A stretch of 64,000 nt of DNA, from NCBI GenBank assembly GCA_028066335.1, contig JALCBQ010000001.1, forward strand, positions 13,480-77,479, given 5' to 3'. The notes under the pieces were generated by a model that did no database searches, was not told where the DNA came from, and was given only the letters and a program-made list of their open reading frames with translations. Shown one piece after another: positions 18,841 to 28,100 of this stretch. This DNA comes from Pirellulaceae bacterium (lineage in GTDB: Bacteria; Planctomycetota; Planctomycetia; Pirellulales; Pirellulaceae). The stretch's first letter is position 1. Every line of letters begins with the position of its first letter. A program made the translations under genes and the position numbers.

Positions 18841-19890
18841 ATGAACAGAATGTCGGGTGCGTTGCTGTCAGTGGTTATTGCCATTGGTGGTTTCTTTTTC
18901 TTTAAGAATTTTGAAATAACAGGGTTAGAGGGGGTTTCGTTTCGGCCACGTGGTGAGCATGTCGATGATGGAGCCGACCAGGGACAGGGTAGTGTTACCA
19001 AGACATCAGGTGAACAGGGATCTGGTTTATCAGGAGGGGGGACATCTTTTTCAGAAGGTTCTGCCCATCGAAAAGATTCTATAAAAATCGCCTCGTTTAA
19101 TATTCAGGTTTTTGGAACCTCCAAGTCGAATAAACCTGATGTAATGGCCAAGCTGGCCAATATTGTACGACGATTTGATGTTGTTGCCATTCAGGAAATT
19201 CGCTCTAAAAACCAAGATATTATTCCACAGTTTGTAAATCTTATTAACGCAACAGGGCGAAAGTACTCATTTGCGATCAGTGAACGGATTGGTCGAACTG
19301 TCAGTAAGGAACAATATGTATACATTTTCGATACGGAAACTTTATTACTTGATCGGACAAAATTATACACCGTTCCCGATCATAACGACCTTCTTCACCG
19401 AGAGCCATTTGTCGGTTGGTTCCGTACTCGGGGCCCTCCTGCCGACAAAGCATTTACTTTTACGTTGGTCAATATTCACACCGACCCCGATGAGACCAAG
19501 CAAGAGCTGGATGCACTCGCTGATGTCTATCGTTACGTAAAAAATGATGGACGAAACGAAGACGATGTGATTATTTTAGGAGACCTTAACGTCGATGAGC
19601 ATCACCTTGGTCGCCTTGGGAGTATCCAGGGAATGACCAACGCTATTACTGATGTACCGACAAACACGAGAGGGACCAAACAGTACGATAATCTGATTTT
19701 TCACGGGATGCATACCGACGAATATTTACGCCGATTTGGTGTTTTTGACCTTAAAAGAGAGTTTAATATTAGCGAAGCAGAGGCACTGAGAATTTCAGAC
19801 CATCAGCCTGTATGGGGGGAATTCAGTATCTACGAAGGTGGGCCTGATGTCGGTATTGCAAACAAACCCAATCTACCTGTCAATCGTTGA
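18841..19890 (+). CDS. Secreted/anchored endonuclease-exonuclease-phosphatase (DNase I-like) family protein
   Basis: Hydrophobic N-terminus (ALLSVVIAIGGFFFF) followed by a Gly/Ser-rich linker. Then IKIASFNIQVFG, VVAIQEIR, NIHTDP, GDLN and SDHQPVW, which are EEP/DNase I catalytic motifs. The ATG at 18841 is preferred over the TTG at 18814. Confidence 0.8.
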   Translation: MNRMSGALLSVVIAIGGFFFFKNFEITGLEGVSFRPRGEHVDDGADQGQGSVTKTSGEQGSGLSGGGTSFSEGSAHRKDSIKIASFNIQVFGTSKSNKPDVMAKLANIVRRFDVVAIQEIRSKNQDIIPQFVNLINATGRKYSFAISERIGRTVSKEQYVYIFDTETLLLDRTKLYTVPDHNDLLHREPFVGWFRTRGPPADKAFTFTLVNIHTDPDETKQELDALADVYRYVKNDGRNEDDVIILGDLNVDEHHLGRLGSIQGMTNAITDVPTNTRGTKQYDNLIFHGMHTDEYLRRFGVFDLKREFNISEAEALRISDHQPVWGEFSIYEGGPDVGIANKPNLPVNR

Positions 19891-19988
19891 TCATGTAAAG
19901 TATCTTTGCGTTTACAGTAGAGGCGACTCTGCCTAAGCTTTTCCTGCGGCAAGACTCAAGTTCTCAGCAAAAAAGAGTTATTCAAAAT

Positions 19989-20034
19989 GAGACCTTCAGA
20001 ATCTGAAGCATCAGATTTCAGGGTCTCTTTTTTT
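19989..20034. terminator. Intrinsic terminator between convergent genes
   Basis: GAGACC...ATCTGA-agca-TCAGAT...GGTCTC compound hairpin followed by TTTTTTT on the + strand, with an A-run just upstream. It lies between the stops at 19890 (+) and 20044 (-). Confidence 0.7.
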
Positions 20035-20043
20035 ATTCTGCCT

Positions 20044-20868
20044 TTAGTGATTTTCGCTCCACGGGTTTTCCCAGTGCCCCCAATTTTCCAGGTATTCTTG
20101 GTAAATCGAGCAGACTTTGGACTGATCTTCTACCCAACGTTTGGTTTTGGATAGAAGGGCCTGCTCTTCACTAAGCGAGAGCTGCCCTAACATGACCCGA
20201 CTTCGTAGGAAGAGGAAGTAGGTATCCAGAACATCACATCGGCAATAGTCGTTTATTTCAGCAAGTTTACCATCGTGAAACATGTCTTGAACCATGTCAC
20301 CTTGAACCCGCATTTTTCCCGGTTTTCCTAAAAGGTTTGCTGCAAGGTTCAGCCCTCCATTGAATCGGGTCGCTCCAAAGTTTGTAAGAAGATCTTGAAG
20401 ATCAAAATGGGCCGAGGTGTTATAGCGATTTCTTGGCTGTTCATAGCTTGGGGCATGAAGCCGAAACCATTCCGGGACGCTAATGCCATATCGAAAAGCG
20501 GCAAGTTCTAGGAGAGGAACATCAAAGGTGCGGCCATTAAAAGTCACAAGAGTCGGCTTTTTATAGGCTTGCCAACCTTGCCAAAAATGTTGCGTAATTA
20601 TGTGAGGACGAAATTGGGGTTCGTCCAAAACAACAAGGTCAATGAGTTCAAAATTAGCCCCAATTTTTGCGAGAGCAAGAGAAACGGGTAGTTGGAATGT
20701 ATAAGGGATAAAATCGGAGCCTCGAGTTTCCAGTAGCTCTTTGCGGTATTTTTGAATCGCCTCATTAGGAGAAAGTTCTTCATCGGGAAAATGGATCGTT
20801 GAAATAAGCTTGCCATCAGCGACACTTTCAATATCAAAAACAAAATACTGAATTTTTTGTTCTGGCAT
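20044..20868 (-). CDS. Predicted 3-prime-5-prime exonuclease, PolB-exonuclease-like (RNase H fold)
   Basis: 274 aa. YFVFDIES (ExoI DxE) at the N-terminus, LVTFNGRTFDVPLL (ExoII-like) and DYCRCDVLDTYFLF (ExoIII-like Y..D). This matches my recollection of the 'predicted exonuclease related to PolB exonuclease domain' family. Confidence 0.72.
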   Translation of the reverse strand: MPEQKIQYFVFDIESVADGKLISTIHFPDEELSPNEAIQKYRKELLETRGSDFIPYTFQLPVSLALAKIGANFELIDLVVLDEPQFRPHIITQHFWQGWQAYKKPTLVTFNGRTFDVPLLELAAFRYGISVPEWFRLHAPSYEQPRNRYNTSAHFDLQDLLTNFGATRFNGGLNLAANLLGKPGKMRVQGDMVQDMFHDGKLAEINDYCRCDVLDTYFLFLRSRVMLGQLSLSEEQALLSKTKRWVEDQSKVCSIYQEYLENWGHWENPWSENH

Positions 20869-21012
20869 TAGTGGAGACTTTTTAAAAAAGGCCTAAGAGA
20901 TAAAAGGAAGGCTGTCCTCATCATAGACTATTCATCATTGTGCGTCGATGGGCGAGTTGGAGCCAAAAACAGAGCAGGCAAGAGGTAGCTCAAGGAAAAA
21001 GTCGTCGCTGTG

Positions 21013-22104
21013 CTATGGATGAACTGATGGAGAAGGATGTTCCATGAGTGGAACAAGAGAGATTTTATCCGAAAAGAGTAGCGAAAGAGTGTTATCAATT
21101 AGGCGGATTGTTTCGGCTGAATCTTTGTTAAGGGTTTGTTGGTTTTTCAAAAGGGAGTTGATCATTTCTGGACCATCGGACCAGCGAACCTTCATAATGG
21201 AGGAACATTTTCCGAGAAGTTGGTAAATCCGGGTGCGGGCTACTGAAAGTTTTTCAGCCTGTTCGATAACTGAAGGGGGAGCTTGATAAGGGGTTAAATA
21301 GCTTTTTAGCAGTTCATAGAGCATTTCCCCACCATCATGTTGAATCTGATTTAGGATCAGAGTGATAACCTTACTGTGGAAATCTTCGGGGGTTGGAAAC
21401 AAGTTATTTTCAACTTGATTACGTATCCAGTGTTTAATTTGAACAATAAATCGGGGGCGGAGGCAAATGGCTAGGTGGTAGTCGAGCAGGCTTTTTTCGA
21501 GAAAGATATGGAGACTATTAAAGATGAGAAAAATTGATTGAAGTCGTTTGGGGCCGTATTTTTTAAGACCCTTAATTTCGAGCAGCGAGTATTGCAGATA
21601 AGTATCGACTGGGGTGTTCCAAATATCGAGAGGAATATTTTGGAGTGAGAAGGCAAGGCGACCGATTGGTTCGTGAGTAAGATAGTGGTTGTGCAGTGTT
21701 TGTTGCCAGCTTCGCCATTGTCGTTCGGTGACTTCACTCGGTTTGATTGAATGTATTGCCTCGAAGTTTGGTAATATGTGAGAAGAGGTCGCTGATATTT
21801 TTAGAGGTCTTATTCTTGTCGGTGACTCTAGTTCTTGTAATGTTCTTTCCAGGAGAGAAAGAAGTCCGTCAATTTTTTTCTTGCCAATCCCCCTCTTTTG
21901 AGAGAGTTCCTCAAAGTCAAAGGAGAGAAGATCGCAAATCGAGTGCCTTAAAAAAACTTTAGGAAGGTTGCGATCAGTATGAAGTACCCAATAGGCTAGG
22001 CTATTTTCAAGACAAGGATCGTCAATAAGTGGTTGGAACCGTTCTAGTATTGTGTGATAACGAGATTCAAGTCGTTTAAATTCGGCAATTGAAATGTATG
22101 GCAT
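21013..22104 (-). CDS. Hypothetical protein with HhH-like motifs and a C-terminal HTH (sigma-70 region-4-like)
   Basis: 363-aa ORF with no competing ORF. GIGKKKIDGL and LKKYGPKRLQSI resemble helix-hairpin-helix motifs. EQAEKLSVARTRIYQLLGK resembles a sigma r4/LuxR-type HTH. I did not recognise a family. Confidence 0.55.
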   Translation of the reverse strand: MPYISIAEFKRLESRYHTILERFQPLIDDPCLENSLAYWVLHTDRNLPKVFLRHSICDLLSFDFEELSQKRGIGKKKIDGLLSLLERTLQELESPTRIRPLKISATSSHILPNFEAIHSIKPSEVTERQWRSWQQTLHNHYLTHEPIGRLAFSLQNIPLDIWNTPVDTYLQYSLLEIKGLKKYGPKRLQSIFLIFNSLHIFLEKSLLDYHLAICLRPRFIVQIKHWIRNQVENNLFPTPEDFHSKVITLILNQIQHDGGEMLYELLKSYLTPYQAPPSVIEQAEKLSVARTRIYQLLGKCSSIMKVRWSDGPEMINSLLKNQQTLNKDSAETIRLIDNTLSLLFSDKISLVPLMEHPSPSVHP

Positions 22105-22412
22105 TCGGGTTATTGATCAAGGGGTTCTAGACAGTTAAGCAAAAGGGAGAAGAGAGGTGAATGTGCTGTAAGGGCAAAAAAGAGAATCTCCCTATTCAAT
22201 GGTTTTATTATTCCCCATCGAGGGTATTCATTCTGATTTAGGATTTTTAAGTAGTCAACCCTAAAAATAGCCAGGGATCCCTCTGTAGTGGGGTTTCTGA
22301 AGGAGTGTTTGGCCAGATAATTGAGTACCATTCTTCAGGAAGTGGTTGCCGGATGTGAATGGTTGTCATAGAGTAGAGGGGGGAGGGGCTTTTCTCCAAT
22401 AGGCTCTCAAAA

Positions 22413-23852
22413 ATGGGTGGTTACGCAATGAAAAGATCAAGAGAAGGGGCAAAATTTTGTATCATTGGTGCGGGACCCTCTGGACTGACGATTGCTAAAA
22501 ACTTCAAGCAGGTCGGTATTTCTTTTGATTGGTTTGAAAAGGAGGGCGACATTGGTGGGGTTTGGAATTACAAAACACCTCATGGTGCTGTCTATGATTC
22601 CACACATTTAATCTCTTCAAAAAAGCTGACAGAGTATACCGATTTCCCCATGCCCGAAGAATATCCTGATTATCCTGCCCATCGTCAGGTTATCGAGTAC
22701 CTTCGCTCTTATGTGTCTGCTTTTTGCTTGTCAGAGTCTCTTAGGCTAGAGACAACGGTCGAATCTGCTCGTCCCATTAGCCGCCAGAATAAGTGTGTTC
22801 TGCAAGTTGAGGAAACCGAGTTAAGCCAATCTCCTCTTTGGGAGGTTAGAACGACACATAAAGGGATAACACAAACGGATCATTACCAGGGACTTGTCAT
22901 TGCTAATGGGCATCACTGGGACTGTCTATGGCCAGAAGGACTTGGCGACTTTTCGGGAGAGGTCATCCACTCACATGATTACAAGTCAGCCGAGCAACTG
23001 AAAGGAAAACGAGTCTTAGTTATCGGTGCAGGAAATAGTGGGTGTGATATTTCCGTAGAGGCGGCTCAAAACGGGGTAAAAGCGTACCAAAGCATGCGTC
23101 GTGGGTACCATTTCTTGCCAAAATTTATCTTGGGTAAACCGGCTGACCACTGTGGAGATCGGTTAATGCGGTGGCGCATGCCGTTGTGGCTTCGACGGAA
23201 AATTGCAGCAATTTTTATTCGAGTAACGCTAGGAGACCCTCAACGGTTTGGCCTGCCACGACCCGATCACCGATTATTTGAGACCCATCCTATTATCAAC
23301 TCTCAACTTTACTACTATGTTGGTCATGGTGATTTAGAAGTTAAGCCGGCAATCAAAAGTTACCAGGGCAAGAAGGTGATTTTTGTTGACGGTACCGAAG
23401 CCGAGGTCGATTTGATCGTCTGTGCAACAGGGTATCGTATTCGTTTCCCTTTTATTGAGACTGATCTGCTCAACTGGAAAGAGGGGCGACCAGACCTTTT
23501 CTTAAATACCTTTCACCCGAAGTATAAAAACTTATTTGTTGGTGGTTTAACACAACCCAATAGTGGGCAGTGGGGGCTAACTGATCTACAGGCTCAGCTG
23601 ATGGCCGGTTATGTGTTAGCTCAAAAAGAAGATCACAAACTGGCCGATTGGTTTTCGAAAAAAGTCGCTGGACAGGGACATGATCTTAGTGGTGGCATTT
23701 CGTTTAAGGATTCAGCACGACACCTCTTGGAGGTCGAGTACTTTTCTTACCGTAAGCTACTTTTACGCTATGGAAAAAAATTCGAGGCAATTCGAGAAAA
23801 AAACAATAAATACGAGGGACTATCAGCAGAGTCGGTTCATTCTCCCGTTTGA
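22413..23852 (+). CDS. Flavin-containing monooxygenase (FAD/NADPH-dependent, FMO/BVMO-like)
   Basis: FAD site IIGAGPSGL, FMO-like motif with DYPAH near residue 80-90, and a second dinucleotide site VLVIGAGNSGCDI. An alternative ATG lies at 22428. Confidence 0.87.
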   Translation: MGGYAMKRSREGAKFCIIGAGPSGLTIAKNFKQVGISFDWFEKEGDIGGVWNYKTPHGAVYDSTHLISSKKLTEYTDFPMPEEYPDYPAHRQVIEYLRSYVSAFCLSESLRLETTVESARPISRQNKCVLQVEETELSQSPLWEVRTTHKGITQTDHYQGLVIANGHHWDCLWPEGLGDFSGEVIHSHDYKSAEQLKGKRVLVIGAGNSGCDISVEAAQNGVKAYQSMRRGYHFLPKFILGKPADHCGDRLMRWRMPLWLRRKIAAIFIRVTLGDPQRFGLPRPDHRLFETHPIINSQLYYYVGHGDLEVKPAIKSYQGKKVIFVDGTEAEVDLIVCATGYRIRFPFIETDLLNWKEGRPDLFLNTFHPKYKNLFVGGLTQPNSGQWGLTDLQAQLMAGYVLAQKEDHKLADWFSKKVAGQGHDLSGGISFKDSARHLLEVEYFSYRKLLLRYGKKFEAIREKNNKYEGLSAESVHSPV

Positions 23853-23862
23853 AATAGGAGCA

Positions 23863-24603
23863 TTAGAAATCGAGAACCATCTCGTCCGTTGCTAAATAAA
23901 TTTCTGGAAAAATATTTCGTACCGAGTCGAGACCGAGGGGATCTTCTTCAGTGGAGAGAGGATTCATGTGGACGAGGTACATCTTTTGGACATTTGCCTT
24001 TTTGGCGACTTTTGCGACCGGGGTTAAGCAGCTATGTCCGGTCAGTTTTGCCTGATCTTCTTTGCCATCGGGAAAGTAGCACTCATGGATAAGGAGATCA
24101 ACATTTTTAATTTTTTCAATATATTTGGCATGCTCGGTCGCCGTTGTGTCGGTAACGAAGGCAAGGCTTTTGTCGGGCCAGTCGAGTCGAAAGCCGATCG
24201 AGCCACCAGGGTGAATCAAAGGGAAATAGGTTAGTTCCCCATTGCCCGGAAGGGGATAACTGTCAGTTAATGGAACAAAGTCAAAGGGAGGTTTCACCGG
24301 AAAAAGGGTGGGATGAAAAAGGTGGTTTTCAAGTGCGGAAAGGCAGCCGGGAGCACCATGAACGTGGACATGGGAGAGTTTTTTTCCTAAGAGAATATCA
24401 AATAAAAAAGTAAGACCGATTGAATGGTCAAGATGGGCATGAGTAAGAAAAATATTGAGAAAGTCGGTTTGCAGAAGCTCGCGACTACGGAACATACCTG
24501 TTCCTGCATCTAGAATAATTCCCATCTCTGGAATCATTATAGAAAGGGTATGTCGTCTGTTGTTAGGGTGGTACCCGGTCGTTCCAAGGAAATGGATTTT
24601 CAT
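23863..24603 (-). CDS. MBL-fold metallo-hydrolase (RNase Z / PhnP-like)
   Basis: FLGTTG...ILDAGTG, THAHLDHSIG (HxHxDH), and later ECYF and HM motifs. 246 aa. Confidence 0.87.
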   Translation of the reverse strand: MKIHFLGTTGYHPNNRRHTLSIMIPEMGIILDAGTGMFRSRELLQTDFLNIFLTHAHLDHSIGLTFLFDILLGKKLSHVHVHGAPGCLSALENHLFHPTLFPVKPPFDFVPLTDSYPLPGNGELTYFPLIHPGGSIGFRLDWPDKSLAFVTDTTATEHAKYIEKIKNVDLLIHECYFPDGKEDQAKLTGHSCLTPVAKVAKKANVQKMYLVHMNPLSTEEDPLGLDSVRNIFPEIYLATDEMVLDF

Positions 24604-24634
24604 GGAAAATATAGAGATTCATATAGGCAGAAAA

Positions 24635-25075
24635 TTAAGAGACTTCGAGGCTCGTTTCAAAAAGTTGATCGTCATGGCGAAATGCTTTGAATTCCAGCCC
24701 GTTACCACTTGGGTCGTTGAGAAAAAAAGTCGCCTGTTCTCCAGGTTGTCCCTCAAAGCGAAGGTAAGGCTCCAAGAGGAAAGTTGTTCCGCTGGTTTTT
24801 AGTTTTTCGGCTAAATTGTGCCAATCTTGCCAAGTTAAAATAATACCAAAATGTCGGACTGGTACCTGGTGATTATCAACAGTATTCGTCGGGGTTTCGC
24901 CACATTCCTGTTGGCAAAGGTGAGCAGTCACCTGATGGCCAAAAAAATCGATGTCAATCCAATGATCGCTCATTCGCCCAATTGTACACCCTAGTTTTTC
25001 TTCGAAGAAGGTTTGGGTTGCTTCCAGATTGGTCACGGGAAAAGCCAGGTGAAAAGGTCGTAAAGTCGAATGCAT
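24635..25075 (-). CDS. VOC (glyoxalase/bleomycin-resistance/dioxygenase) family protein
   Basis: 146 aa. PFHLAFPV.NLE....FF...LG, HFG and DPSGN.LEFK are typical VOC beta-alpha-beta-beta-beta modules. Confidence 0.83.
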   Translation of the reverse strand: MHSTLRPFHLAFPVTNLEATQTFFEEKLGCTIGRMSDHWIDIDFFGHQVTAHLCQQECGETPTNTVDNHQVPVRHFGIILTWQDWHNLAEKLKTSGTTFLLEPYLRFEGQPGEQATFFLNDPSGNGLEFKAFRHDDQLFETSLEVS

Positions 25076-25115
25076 CGTTTTACTTTCCTACGGTGAGTTA
25101 TATTAAAAAGTACAA

Positions 25116-28100
25116 TTAAGCAGGTTTTTTGATTTTGTTAAGAAGTTTATCAATCCCTTTTTTAATCTGGTCGTCGACGGTTTTTTGCAAAGTTGATTGG
25201 AGAAGTTGTTGGATACCTCGCTTGTCAATCTGAGGAGATAATAGTGTTCCAGTAAGGGGCAATGCAAGACGTTGATTTTGTAAGTTAGCCAATGCTCGGT
25301 TTGCATTTGCCCATTTTGGTGGCACGAGGAATTCTACAAGAAGGTTTATTTGTTTGTCTAGAGTAACCGAGCCTTGGGTTTGAACAGTGATTCCCTGAAC
25401 CTGCATAACAAAATTACGGTGTGTAACGATTTCATTGATCATTTGAATAGGAACTTTTTGGGGTGGCAAGAGCAACCAGGTTGTGTCGGCAGCAAGGAGC
25501 TGATTGAGATCACCAAGGTTACTGAGTTGGTTGATTTGAGAAATCAGAGTTGTGATTTCCTGGGCAACAGGGCCGGGGCCTACACGTCCTTGATGGATTT
25601 CAAGGGTTGCAGCGACCTCGCTTTTACTGGAGTCAGAAAGTGCGAACATCGCTTTTTGCACGTCCAGCGAGAATCGGCCGTTGGCCCGTGTCGCTTCGGC
25701 AACGATCGGAGTGGCATATTGGAGCCAGTTCTGACACATTTCTGGGGTGATTTCAATATCGGTAAAAAGCTTCCCCGTCGCTAATGTCAGAGGGAGTATG
25801 GGATCACCAAGGTCGAAAGTTGCAGTCGTCGTTAGTTCACCCCCGTTGACCTGTAGTTTAAGAGGCATCGTTGCGATAATGCCTTTTTGTAATGCAAGGC
25901 CAAATTCACCTTCGTTTATTGTAAATCCTTGTACGGCGACCTTCTGCCAGCCGATTTTTCCACTGGCAGTTAAATTGTCGGGCCACACAATTTGTCTTGT
26001 TGTTAGCTCTGAGGAAGTAATCGGTGTAATTGCCGAAGGTGACGGTTGGATAATGACCTCTTTCCAGTAGGGGAGATCGCCTTGGATTGAGAATGAATCG
26101 GTCCGCTCACCGACGAGTTCTAGTTTTGTCGCTAGAAACTGTTGGAGGTTTGGGCTAAGTTTTTGCAGATTATAAAGAATATTTCCTTGTAGGTCGATGG
26201 TGTGTGTTGTGCCATTTGGTGTTAAGCTCCCCCGAGCGTTCATTGCCGAGTGGATGGTACTTCCTTCGAGTTTAGAGAGGGTCCATTTACCCGTAGTAGG
26301 CGAGTAAGAAGCTTCTAGATTATTTTGGAGAAGTGGCTCTTGCCAAAGTGTTTTCCAGCTATTTTGATCAGGGACCCATTCGACAAGTTGCAGGTTTTCC
26401 CCGTGAAGTGCCAGATTAAAGTTGTTTGAATCTCCTTGAGGGAAGCTGTTCAATGCACCTTGCAACGCTCCAGCTCCGCGCCATGGAGCATCGCCTTCTT
26501 GTTCGAACCAATTCGAGATTTGCCATACATTGAGGTTGAACTGGAGGTTCCCTGTGAATTTTGAAGGATCGCCTACAGGAAGTGAGGTTCTATCGAGCAA
26601 AAGAGCAAGGCTGTTGCCTGTGAGTGAAAGTTTTTCAGCGCTTACTCTTTGGCTTTGTAAAAGGTACGAAAGGTCACCTTCGAGAACTATTTTAGGTTCG
26701 TTGATGGTAAGGCCGTATCCTGTAAATTTTCCCTCATTAATTTCAACCTTAAGGTTGGTTGTGGCGAGCTGTTCGGGTGAGGCCTGAAGCCTCCCTGTTA
26801 AGAAAAAGTTACCGCCTATCTCGTTCTCTTTTAACCCTTCGACAAATGGGATCCGATCTGCAAAGGTCGCCAAATTTCCTGTCGCCTCGATTTGAAAAGG
26901 CCACTCGCTCATGAGCGTTTTGGCGGGCAAAGATTGGAAAAGTACAGCACTAAGTTGATCATTTCCAGAGGCGACCTTGACCGTTAGCTTGTCAACAATC
27001 GTTTTGTCTGAGGTAAGGTCATCATTGTCGATTTTCATCTGTGCGTCGGTAATAAAAATCAACTTTTCTTCTTTCCAAGGGCGTTGGCCTTCTGAGGCGA
27101 GATGAAAATTTTGGGCGACGAGTTCTGCCCGAGCGGCTAAATGACTTTGGTCATTTTGATCCCACTGAATAGCCCCGTTAAGGTCACCTTGTAGTTCTGA
27201 AAAAGGAAGATTAAGAATAGGGGACATTTCATGCTTTAATTTGTTTAAATCGCCACTAAAACGAAGAAGGCCCTGCTTGATATTGCCACCCCCATTTGCC
27301 TGCAAAAAGGGAGAGTTAAGAGCGAGGTTATCAAGGCGAAGTTCTTGACTGAGATCAAAAGTGACCGAGGCATCCATTGCGGGAAGCGAAGAGACGCTCT
27401 GTTTCTTATCAATACCTTCGATGTTTTTAAGGGCGACCTGACCGGTGAATTTTTGGCTGCTAGCTTGTTGTGCGACGGAGAAAAGAAGTTGTCCATCGGT
27501 AATTTCTAACCCTTCCTGAATAAGGAGTGTTTTAGGGATGGCTTTACTCAGGGTAGCCAGATTCACTTGGCCTGTTGCTTGTGCTTCTGAGAGAGTTTGA
27601 AGGAGTTTTGTGTAGTCATCGAAGTTAAGAGGGAATGACCCTGAGGCGGAGACGTTCCCAAGATCGGCTACAGCCTCGAATGAAGTAATTTCTATCTTCT
27701 CTGTATCAATAATAAAGTCGCCTTGAACGTCAAAGTTCTGAATGGCTATTTTTTCCTCTGCGGCAAAACTTGGGTTTTGGTAGTGAATGCGAGAAGACCG
27801 TAGAGGAGTAAAAACAATTTGATGCTTTCCATTGGTAAGGAGCTCATATTTTCCTACCGCCGTGAGGTGACCGGCGAGAGGAAGAGGTTGAACCGGGAAG
27901 TTTTCTGTCGAAACATATCGATGTACAATAGGGTCAAGAAGGCCAAGGTTTACGTCGGTCGAGTCAAACGCAACAGTGCAGTGACTTGCACCAGTAGATA
28001 ACTCTGCGTCGCTTCGGGGATGATAGTCAATCGTTGCTGCAAACGTTCCATAGTCATTTTGAGAGGGGAATTTTTTGTTGAGAACTGTTTTCCCTTCAAC

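Noticed and set aside
23863-25075. VOC + MBL gene pair considered as a glyoxalase I / glyoxalase II methylglyoxal detoxification pair.
   Set aside because: The MBL protein looks like the RNase Z/PhnP-type (FLGTTG…ILDAGTG N-terminus, 246 aa) rather than GloB. The VOC protein has no recognisable GloA-specific features. Fold families alone do not support the pathway call.
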